From IMG/VR virus record IMGVR_UViG_3300026549_000047, positions 52,158 through 116,157 of that record: DNA of 64,000 nt; one strand, 5' to 3'. Position 1 is the first letter of the stretch, and every line of letters begins with the position of its first letter. The notes beneath the pieces are model-generated. The model did not search any database and was not told where the DNA came from. It saw only the letters and a program-made list of their open reading frames with translations. The stretch is from a virus. Its lineage: Duplodnaviria; Heunggongvirae; Uroviricota; Caudoviricetes. This document shows, piece by piece, positions 55,921 through 64,000 of the stretch. The position numbers and the translations under genes are program-made.

Positions 55921-56562
55921 TCACGAGTGAACATCCACAATAGTCAAGCGAGTTTCTGGAGAAAGAGACTTAAGAACCTCTTTTATATGATTCTCAAAGT
56001 CAGCTTCTCTTGCCCTGAGTTCCTCGTAGTCGTTTACTCTCCAGTTGAAACCATCGTCTGGACCTTCCCAAACTCCGTTGTTCAGGAGATAGTAGGAATG
56101 TAGGGTGTCTAGGTTCTTAATATCTTTAACCAGGGCGGTATCGGCTGTAGTTCCATCATTAAGTTCAATGTCACCACCCCACCTACCACCTATCTCATAC
56201 CAATCCCACTTTCCGTCCGGGTTCCTTGTCGAATATTCACCGCCGTCGTCCGGATCTATATCATCCGAATATTCAATGGCATGAAAATACCATTCCTCGT
56301 CTGTCCATAAGAAACGTTTATCCAAGGTTTCAACCCTCGTAATTAAGTTTTGATCTTTCTCATGTTCCTTAAGCCAGGCAGTCCGATCTTTTACGTAATT
56401 AATCCATTCACCATGACCCACTTCATATCTGAAGCGTTCCTTTACTTCCCGAATTAAGTCAGCCTTGGAAGCTCTCAGGTAACGTTCTACCTCAAGGTTC
56501 TCGTCATAGGGCTCTAGCTGAGTTTCGGGATCTTCGCCGATAACAATTACTGAATAGTGCAT
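55921..56562 (-). CDS. hypothetical protein
   Basis: 213 aa ORF; the last gene before a 520-nt AT-rich divergent intergenic region. Confidence 0.5.
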   Translation of the reverse strand: MHYSVIVIGEDPETQLEPYDENLEVERYLRASKADLIREVKERFRYEVGHGEWINYVKDRTAWLKEHEKDQNLITRVETLDKRFLWTDEEWYFHAIEYSDDIDPDDGGEYSTRNPDGKWDWYEIGGRWGGDIELNDGTTADTALVKDIKNLDTLHSYYLLNNGVWEGPDDGFNWRVNDYEELRAREADFENHIKEVLKSLSPETRLTIVDVHS

Positions 56563-57084
56563 AAAGTTTCGTCATTTGTTCTCTGATAAGGGCGTGGAAG
56601 GGAACCCTCAGAGAAAGAGAAGAAAGGAAAGACTCACACCACCGGCCTGCCCGTGGCCACCGATTTCTTAACGCTCCGCCGCTTCGCGTCTCCACTAAAA
56701 TCGTCACCCCGGTTGGTGTTTCGTTTGGGGCTTCGCCCGAACACAGTAGGATTTCCCTGGAGGATTATGTCTTTCTTATTTCTCAAATTTTGATTATTTA
56801 ATGAGCCAATAAAAGAATTATATTGAAATAAGAAAAAATTAGAATTTTCATTTTTTAATATTTCTGTTATTATAATCTATATACAAGAACAGAACTGAAA
56901 TGTGAAAATTTATAAATATTTGGTTTCTCTTTTTTTTAGTGGAATGAGCAGTAATTAAAGACTTTGTCAAATATTCTAGATGAAATGAGAAAAACGCGTT
57001 TAGAGGAAAACAAAAACCTAACTAATGAAAAGAAACCTTGGGTTCCCTAGCAACGACTTTTTAGGAAGTTGCTAGTTTTTAAAA
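56563..57084. promoter_or_regulatory. AT-rich divergent intergenic region (candidate promoters / replication-control region)
   Basis: About 520 nt non-coding between divergently transcribed gene blocks. A-tracts, and the GAAAAACGCGTT motif at 56990 that also occurs at 22285 and 63485. Confidence 0.3.
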
Positions 57085-59265
57085 GTGGACTCTGTATTAA
57101 TTTTAACCAAAAGACATATGGATAACATTATAAATTTTACTGAGGCTAATAGCCTAGAGCGAGTTGATCAAGAAGTTGGTCAATCTATTGTTGTACCTAA
57201 AGGAGTTAGGTATATATCTGAGTGGAAAGAGTACGATCAAAAGTATTTCTTTCCATATCCACATATTGTTGATAAAAAGATTCCAGGTTGTGGATATACT
57301 GAGTATTGTATAAGAAATTCTAGAGATATTATTCTCTGCTCCCCTCGTAGAGTTCTTCTTCAAAACAAATTTGATCAGCATCCAGATGAAGTTTTTTATG
57401 CAAAGAACGATTTAGAGGTTTTGCTAAATATCGATAAGGATTATAATTCTATTGGTAAAGGAAAATATTCCTTGGATAAAGACTTGGAGGCAATAAAATC
57501 TGAGGAAGAAAAGATTTCAGTACAGAACGAAAAACAAAAAGAGGAGAGCATTAAAAGGTATAAAACTCTCTATTATGATCTCCTTGAGTACCGCGATCGT
57601 ATGAGATCTCATGGTAAACCCATGAAAATTCTCGTTACTTATGATTCGTATAGCATTATTAAGTCTATTCTTAGTGATGGAGCTAACGGATTAACTGGTT
57701 TTGGCATTTTCGACCAGTTCTATACTGTTGTAGATGAGTTTCAGAGCGTGTTTCTTGATTCCATTTTTAAATCTACTACAGAATTGAAATTCGTAGGAGA
57801 TCTGCAAGGAGTACAAAAAGTATGCTACGTATCAGCGACTCCCATGATAGGGTCTTATCTTATGTTAATTCCCGAGTTTGCAAATCTTCCTTATTACTAT
57901 TTCGACTGGATAACAGAACAGCCAGAAAGAGTAACTAAACCACGACTAAAAGTAAGAACCATTGATTCTCTAACGAAAACCATCAGAGGTATTGTAGATT
58001 CTTACAAAAAAGGAAAAGGTGAAAGCAGAGTTGTTGGTACAAAAATGGTCACGTCTCAAGAAGCTGTTATCTATCTTAATTCAGTTAATAATATCTGTAA
58101 TACTATATCTAGACTAGATCTTGCTCCAGAAGAATGTAATATTCTCTGTGCTGATACTCGAGAGAACAGGCAGAGGCTTCACCAGAAGCTTGGTCCTGGT
58201 TGGGAGATAGGCCGAGTTCCTCTTCGTGGAGAGTCTAGGAAGATGTTTACTTTCTGTACACGAACCGTCTACTTAGGTGCGGACTTTTATTCAGATAATG
58301 CTAAGTCTTTTATTATATCCGATGCTAACGTAGATTCAATGGCTGTTGATATCTCATTGGATCTTCCTCAGATTCTTGGTAGGCAAAGACTTACTGAAAA
58401 TCCTTGGAAAAATGAAGCTGAATTTTATTATATAGTGAGAAGAGTTGGCAAGGATAATAGGACTCTCGAAGAAATCATTTCTAAGAAGATGAAGACGACG
58501 GAGACTTTATTGGCTGGAAATAAAAGAGCTATGGAAAGCTCCGATCCTGTATTAATTTCTTCTGAGATAGAACACGTAAAGAATATGGATCTCCTAGCTA
58601 AGATTTATAATTATAAAAAAGACTATGTAGCAGTTAATCACGTCTATAATCCGACCACTAAGTCGTTTGATCTTGTACCCGTTGAAAATAAACTGGCATA
58701 TATAGCAGAGGTTAGGTCTTATGATATTCAGTATAAAGACTATGCTGATAGATTTAGCGTATTTAATACCTTAGAAAGAGTCTTAGGTAGTGATTCTATC
58801 TCGGAAAGAGTGAAAGATTTTCTTAGCGTATATGAAACTTTGGGTAGTTTTTATGAAAAAGCTAAGTTTCTTTGCGATAGTGATTATCTATTTTCTGATG
58901 GTGAGATAGAGGTAATATTAGATCAAATAGATCCGTTGATTTCTGACAGTTATAGATATATTGGAAAGAATAGGATGACCAGTTATAAATATAGCGTTAA
59001 AAAGATGAAGGAACTATTAGCAATGAAGATCTTTGATGTTAATGACCTTAAGTCAGAGGTTTGTGCCAGGTTCTCACAGGGAGATAGAGTATCTAAGGTA
59101 TATATTAAGAATGTTCTTCGAGAGATATATGAAAATTTCTCTTATAAGAAGACACCTAAAGCTACAGACTTACAAGAATGGTTTGACTTGAAACTAATCA
59201 AAGTATGGGACCCAATTACTCAGAAATGGGAAAACGGCTTTGAAATCTTATCACTAAAACCCTAA
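57085..59265 (+). CDS. SF2 helicase-like ATPase with degenerate Walker A (PGCGYT), paralog of 1..1605
   Basis: Q-motif-like FFPYPHIVDKKIPGCGYTEY; Ia-like LCSPRRVL; motif II VVDEFQS; motif III VCYVSATPM. 726 aa. Confidence 0.6.
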   Translation: MDSVLILTKRHMDNIINFTEANSLERVDQEVGQSIVVPKGVRYISEWKEYDQKYFFPYPHIVDKKIPGCGYTEYCIRNSRDIILCSPRRVLLQNKFDQHPDEVFYAKNDLEVLLNIDKDYNSIGKGKYSLDKDLEAIKSEEEKISVQNEKQKEESIKRYKTLYYDLLEYRDRMRSHGKPMKILVTYDSYSIIKSILSDGANGLTGFGIFDQFYTVVDEFQSVFLDSIFKSTTELKFVGDLQGVQKVCYVSATPMIGSYLMLIPEFANLPYYYFDWITEQPERVTKPRLKVRTIDSLTKTIRGIVDSYKKGKGESRVVGTKMVTSQEAVIYLNSVNNICNTISRLDLAPEECNILCADTRENRQRLHQKLGPGWEIGRVPLRGESRKMFTFCTRTVYLGADFYSDNAKSFIISDANVDSMAVDISLDLPQILGRQRLTENPWKNEAEFYYIVRRVGKDNRTLEEIISKKMKTTETLLAGNKRAMESSDPVLISSEIEHVKNMDLLAKIYNYKKDYVAVNHVYNPTTKSFDLVPVENKLAYIAEVRSYDIQYKDYADRFSVFNTLERVLGSDSISERVKDFLSVYETLGSFYEKAKFLCDSDYLFSDGEIEVILDQIDPLISDSYRYIGKNRMTSYKYSVKKMKELLAMKIFDVNDLKSEVCARFSQGDRVSKVYIKNVLREIYENFSYKKTPKATDLQEWFDLKLIKVWDPITQKWENGFEILSLKP

Positions 59266-59850
59266 CATATGGAAGAAGAATATAACCTAATTAAGATGAA
59301 ACAACATCATAATCTATCGAAAACTAAAGACTTGATTAATCCTATGATTCTCATGGGAGTAGAAGAAGATGATTATGCAGGGGAAGACGATTCGTCCGAT
59401 ATTATGGATCGTTTTGCTGGTTAGAAAAATTACCATCCCCCGAAAACCTTATACATGGAATAAGGAGAGAATATTAACGTTATTACAAGGAAGCCCCTGG
59501 GAAGGGCTGGCAATGGAAGTTAGAGTCCACCCCAATTTGCATTTAGCGACGGCTTCGGCCCAGGTACTATCTGGCTCCGGGGAGATAGTCGACATCAAGC
59601 TTTGCTGGCCAGGATTCCTACGGGACGGCGTTAGTTCTCTCCTTCGTTTTCCCAACCATTAACAATATCCCCGATACCTCTACGTGGTTTAATGGACTAT
59701 TAGCACTAAAGTTGTGAAGCTAATGTCGGGGCGAACCTGAGGAGGTAGTATACTGAGTGTGCGCCTCAGGGGAGTACGAAGTTAGCTGTCTTAAGGGATT
59801 TATCTCTTAAGGTGGTATACCTTTATTACACAAAATAACTTTATACCCAA

Positions 59851-60447
59851 TTGAAATTAAACGAAATTAAGCAAAAACGAAATAAAATAAACTCTGTAAT
59901 GACAAAAGATAATAATTCTAGTAAGTTTACGATCGCTTCAGCACTTTTGCTGCTGTTGGGATTCCTAGGTTATAGGAAGGTGTCTGGTGAGAGAAACATA
60001 GTGATGAAAGGAGAAATAGTGAAAGGAGAAAATAAAAATGACAAGACATCTGTAGAGCTAGGTAATGCTAAAACAGAATTGTCCCCTGAGGCTATACTCC
60101 CCAATGACAAGGCGTTTAAGACTGTAGTCTTGCGAATGATCAAAGAACCAGGGGATGTTACATCCATGGAAGACTTTAAGAGTAAGTTTATACTCCTCAG
60201 CATGAGACTATATGTCACAAGCAAGGAAATGGTTAAACGAATTCCAAAGTCCGATGAGGCTTTTGATGCATTCCTGGAGAGAACCGATCTTAAGGACTCT
60301 GTTCATAAGTTCATTAACTATTGCGTTAGTGATAGGAAAGAGGTTCTCATTGAAGAGGCATCTGGTCTTATCCCCACTGCGAGACGAGAATTCCGCACTT
60401 CCCTCAGTGAAACAGGGGGGGGGGAGATTCTAATCCGCGTAGGATAA
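59851..60447 (+). CDS. hypothetical protein with N-terminal membrane anchor; contains a G9 homopolymer near its 3' end
   Basis: 198 aa ORF; hydrophobic segment FTIASALLLLLGFLGY; GGGGGGGGG run at 60413-60421 encodes ...ETGGGE. Confidence 0.45.
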   Translation: MKLNEIKQKRNKINSVMTKDNNSSKFTIASALLLLLGFLGYRKVSGERNIVMKGEIVKGENKNDKTSVELGNAKTELSPEAILPNDKAFKTVVLRMIKEPGDVTSMEDFKSKFILLSMRLYVTSKEMVKRIPKSDEAFDAFLERTDLKDSVHKFINYCVSDRKEVLIEEASGLIPTARREFRTSLSETGGGEILIRVG

Positions 60448-60480
60448 TTTTGTTATGAGAGAGAAAAAGAAGAGAGACTG

Positions 60481-60984
60481 CTAATCTCTCTTTTTATTTT
60501 CCCACCTTAACTCTACTCGCCGAATTATGTTTTGGGCTGTTCCACTATTCCTTTTTCCCGGTCTGACAAAAGCTATGTCCTGATCAGAGTCCCTTGTCAT
60601 GGCTGCATCTCTGGATTCGTCATCCAAGAAATCACCTCTCTTCTTAAACTCCTTCGACACATATACTCTTGGTTCCTTTAACATGTGATATACCGTTACA
60701 CGACTTTTATCCTCCAGTACTTTGGCTAGATAAGTTTGAGCCATCTCATCTACTCCCCAGTAATCTCCTACTACAAATGTGTTACTTGGATCCTTAATTG
60801 CTTCGCTTATAACCGGCTTATATAGCCTGTCAAATTCTTCTTGACTTATTTCTCTGTGTCCTGATATAAAGTATGTCATCTTTGATGAATTAGTTATTTT
60901 GCTATTGATAAGGCTTCCCAACCTTATGGGTGGATATAATATAAATTTCAGAAAGAATGGATAATAACAACTATGTAATTCCAT
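60481..60984 (-). CDS. hypothetical protein (Rossmann-like; weak SLOG/DprA-like features)
   Basis: 167 aa; YFISGHREIS...FVVGDYWGVDEMAQ pattern; classification uncertain. Confidence 0.45.
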   Translation of the reverse strand: MELHSCYYPFFLKFILYPPIRLGSLINSKITNSSKMTYFISGHREISQEEFDRLYKPVISEAIKDPSNTFVVGDYWGVDEMAQTYLAKVLEDKSRVTVYHMLKEPRVYVSKEFKKRGDFLDDESRDAAMTRDSDQDIAFVRPGKRNSGTAQNIIRRVELRWENKKRD

Positions 60985-62318
60985 ATGAATTAGTTTTTTA
61001 TTACCCGGCTAATGAGGAAACGAACAAGCTATTTGGTTCACCTCTGCCACCGGGGTATGCATTAGCAGCAGCGACATCAGGGTCCGCTAAGTCTGCCTTG
61101 AAGTCTTCTGTGAGAAGTAACTTTGAAGGATACTACCTTAGGAAGAATGCAGCCAGTAGTGGTAAGGCAGGTCCTATGGAGGATAACAATGTTACTAAAG
61201 TAGTGACTATCAGGAATCAGGGCCTTCGCTTAGAAGTTTCTCAGTTTAGTTCAGAAAATTTCCGTTACTATAGTGGGTATGCAACTTACGTGGCGGTAGA
61301 CTCGGAGGAGATACAAGAGAAGGTTGGAAAGAAGCTCCTGATCCATATTATCCGAGAAGATTTCTTCAAACTTCTTTGGCGAGCTAAGAATATGACAAAC
61401 CTTGTTCTGGCGGGAACATACTGTTTCTCTGCGAATACCTCACAAGACTTTAACTTGACTGCTCACTTAGAGGACAGTAGTGATCAGGTTTTGGAAGAGA
61501 GTAAGGAAGCAGGAACTAAGATGTCGGCTACTAAGATGACTTCTAAGTGGATCCCAGGTCATAAATATGTCTTGAAGAAAGATAGTAAATATATCCTATA
61601 CTTGGGGGAAATCGAGGAAGTCTTGACGAGCAATGAATTCGTCTGGCAGAAGAGACTTAGAAATCATTTCTTCAACTTCTCTGGGGGAAGTAGTTCCTAT
61701 TATACCGGTTATGTTGAGAAAGGAACTGTCTACTTAGAACTTACTCAGGATGTTATTAAAGTGGTGGGCGAGTATGAAGGAAAATCACTCCCCGAGTTTA
61801 TCCACAAGTGTCTCATGACGCCGGATGGATGGAGATCGTTGTCTTCTTACCTCTGGGTTCGTGATTCGAGAGCAGAACAGAAGTTAACGGGTGCTGATAT
61901 GGGAGAATACATGACCTCCAGTAACACCTATGACCTCAATGTCCTAGTCAAGTCTATTTGTGGAGAAGTCCAGGCTAATACCAAGAACTTAGGCAATCTT
62001 CTGAATTACCAGAATGACCTTTACATGTATACATCTCTTGCCCCCGACTTAGTGAGAACTAACTCTGGCCTAGTGTCCAAGATTCACGACCTAAACAAGG
62101 AATACTTGAAGAGCAATATCAAGAGTAGATGTGATAGAACTTGGGGTACTCCAAAGATCGGAATTAAAGACCTTACATTAGAGGTAGTGAAAACGCAGCT
62201 TGGTTTTAGAAAAGACAATATGTTTGCATTTATAGACAAGTTTGCGCCTTTCACAGACAAAGAATTTGATCAAATGGTAGAAACTATAATCACTGAATTA
62301 CAAAGAGATGGAAAATGA
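60957..62318 (+). CDS. hypothetical protein
   Basis: 453 aa ORF. Confidence 0.5.
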   Translation: MDNNNYVIPYELVFYYPANEETNKLFGSPLPPGYALAAATSGSAKSALKSSVRSNFEGYYLRKNAASSGKAGPMEDNNVTKVVTIRNQGLRLEVSQFSSENFRYYSGYATYVAVDSEEIQEKVGKKLLIHIIREDFFKLLWRAKNMTNLVLAGTYCFSANTSQDFNLTAHLEDSSDQVLEESKEAGTKMSATKMTSKWIPGHKYVLKKDSKYILYLGEIEEVLTSNEFVWQKRLRNHFFNFSGGSSSYYTGYVEKGTVYLELTQDVIKVVGEYEGKSLPEFIHKCLMTPDGWRSLSSYLWVRDSRAEQKLTGADMGEYMTSSNTYDLNVLVKSICGEVQANTKNLGNLLNYQNDLYMYTSLAPDLVRTNSGLVSKIHDLNKEYLKSNIKSRCDRTWGTPKIGIKDLTLEVVKTQLGFRKDNMFAFIDKFAPFTDKEFDQMVETIITELQRDGK

Positions 62319-62619
62319 CTATACCATGATCGTGGAGGTGTTAGCTGAGCCTGGGGAAAGTAATATTGCTATAACTGATGTGTCTGATACAGACATGGAA
62401 GTACTTGAACCAATGCTCTTAGATATCCAGCAACACCGAGGATATTATCCCACTGGGGATATGTGTAAAAGAGGACAACTAACCGCCCGTGATCTTTATC
62501 GGAAACATCAAGGTTGGGACGTCTTTGAATCCATTGTTCCTCGTCCGCCATCTGGTTTTAATACAATTATCTCAGTACGACTATTCAGACAGGAACCTCT
62601 CAAAATGGAGATGCTGTGA
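62308..62619 (+). CDS. hypothetical protein
   Basis: 103 aa ORF overlapping the previous stop. Confidence 0.35.
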   Translation: MENDYTMIVEVLAEPGESNIAITDVSDTDMEVLEPMLLDIQQHRGYYPTGDMCKRGQLTARDLYRKHQGWDVFESIVPRPPSGFNTIISVRLFRQEPLKMEML

Positions 62620-62897
62620 ATACCTTATGAGTAGAAAGTACACAAACTTATTAAAGCAAGAAGAAAAATGAAGAACAATGAAAACGATTTTGGCTTTTTC
62701 AAAGCTGACGAAGTGATCACCTGGGAAGAACCTAGGTTCGATCAAAAAATGCCCGGCAAGGGAGAGAAAACGGCAAAAGTAGACTGTTTATCAGGACTTC
62801 CAAACGAAGTTCTCTTGCCGTAGGCGCAAAGCTAAAAACCAAAAAGAAAAACAAGGAGCTCTGGGTAAAACGGGGCTCCAATTTTTATAGTCACTTT

Positions 62898-63518
62898 ATG
62901 AAATTAGATCTGGTAAAAAAGTATATTGAGATTTTGTCTGGAAAAGAAGAAAGTAGAGTTATGTCAGCTCTACGTGGATTACCAGACCTTGATAGGGATG
63001 AAAAGAATCTAATCTATACTTATCTATTCCCCAAACCTCTTCTTCACATGGAACTTCCTAGTGTTATCATGTCTGATCGTGGTAAACATACGGAGGGACA
63101 CCTCTCAGAGAACTTTGAGGAGACACTCATTCTCCTTAGAGCTTATCGGACGCTTCAATATAGGAAGTTTATGCTTCACCTACTTCACTCCTTCATTGAA
63201 GGAGATAACGAGAAAGTTTACGTGGAGGAAGCTGTCCCTGGGAGAGAGGGCTATACGTGCGGTATTTGTAAGAAACAACTCTATGATTACCGTTACTGGA
63301 AGTTCTTGTGTGAGAAGAATCCAAAGTTTGGGGAGCAGGAAAGAAAAGAGTACTTAGCTTTTGCTAGTACACAGAGCAGTCAGCACATATGTATTGACTG
63401 TATGGTCCAGCTTCAGTTTCTTCATAAAATCCTCCTTGCCTTGGAAGGACCGACCTACCTGTCTTGGATTGTTCCGAAACAAGAAAAACGCGTTCCATGG
63501 GGAGGGAGTACCTTATGA
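62898..63518 (+). CDS. hypothetical protein with CxxC...C..C zinc-binding pattern
   Basis: 206 aa; CGICKKQ...CIDC. Confidence 0.45.
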   Translation: MKLDLVKKYIEILSGKEESRVMSALRGLPDLDRDEKNLIYTYLFPKPLLHMELPSVIMSDRGKHTEGHLSENFEETLILLRAYRTLQYRKFMLHLLHSFIEGDNEKVYVEEAVPGREGYTCGICKKQLYDYRYWKFLCEKNPKFGEQERKEYLAFASTQSSQHICIDCMVQLQFLHKILLALEGPTYLSWIVPKQEKRVPWGGSTL

Positions 63519-63593
63519 CTGTGACAAGATGGTTTTAGTAGTTTGTGTTGAGGGAGAGCTACGTAATGTTTTCCCTCTTTCTTTTATAGGATG

Positions 63594-64000
63594 AAAGATA
63601 TAAATGAATATAAGAAAGAATTCGTAATTCCTGGGATTAATTATCAAACGTTTCCTGTTTATGCTATAGCGAAGACGGGACGACTGGTTAATTTCAAGAA
63701 TATAGTTTACCCGAATCCTAAGTCGGCCAAGAGATTTACTAGACGAAAACAACTCGTCCATAGGTCTCAGCAGGCTAGGATGTTTGATATGCTCATTAAT
63801 ATTGGTTACTTCGATGGTCTCGGAGAAATAGTGAGGGAGATGCCTGTCCTGATTGAGAACAGTAAACGACCAGAGGGGCTTAAAGGAGGACTTTTCTGGC
63901 TGATCGACTATTACTTTCAGAATATTCGTGTAGCCGTGGAGTTAGATTCTGAGTATCATGATGATTACAAAGATTCTCTCCGTGACAAGTACCTTCAGGA
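63594..64000 (+). CDS. DUF559/Vsr-like PD-(D/E)xK endonuclease-domain protein, 3' end beyond window (second member of the family seen in the polymerase intron ORF)
   Basis: ATG at 63594. ...NIRVAVELDSEYHDDYKDSLRDKYLQ repeats the LVEYHGRQHFD...RDK motif of 14804..15985. Confidence 0.45.

Noticed and set aside
1-64000. CRISPR arrays, rRNA genes, integrase/attachment sites, transposases.
   Set aside because: No direct-repeat/spacer periodicity, no rRNA-like conserved blocks, and no recombinase motifs found on either strand.

Overview
AT-rich (about 36-38% GC), densely packed segment of a large virulent-type phage genome. Functions are mostly DNA replication/repair, transcription and host-takeover; no CRISPR, rRNA, integrase or virion structural genes were recognised. 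Recognisable genes: family-A DNA polymerase, T4 RNase H/FEN-like nuclease, gp32-like SSB, fused Mre11-Rad50 (SbcCD), LigA-like DNA ligase, dUTPase, GroEL/GroES, peptidyl-tRNA hydrolase, actin-like ATPase, radical-SAM enzyme, NADAR and 2H-phosphoesterase proteins, a flotillin/SPFH protein with host-like GC content, an OmpA-like protein, and a cluster of at least 7 tRNA genes. A multisubunit RNA polymerase beta' gene and beta gene are adjacent on the minus strand (46.5-33.5 kb). The dominant feature is an extraordinary load of self-splicing group I introns. I count about 12 in this 64 kb window: 3 in the DNA polymerase gene (plus strand), 4 in the beta' gene and 5 in the beta gene. All share the same P/Q/R/S core; they are first visible as 9 near-identical copies of AGACTATATC-N-ATATAGTCGTTGAA between 33.7 and 44.7 kb. 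Six introns carry homing-endonuclease ORFs of at least four families. Six are ORF-less mini-introns of only about 127-340 nt, some arranged in tandem with an endonuclease-containing intron and separated by micro-exons of about 35 codons. The six-frame ORF track is misleading here because many ORFs run from an exon into intron sequence. Exon/intron boundaries below are inferred from protein-motif continuity and group I rules (5' U, omega-G, P1 pairing) and are approximate, within about 10 nt, unless stated. A Bacteroidota host is only weakly suggested by lipoprotein/OmpA-type signal peptides.
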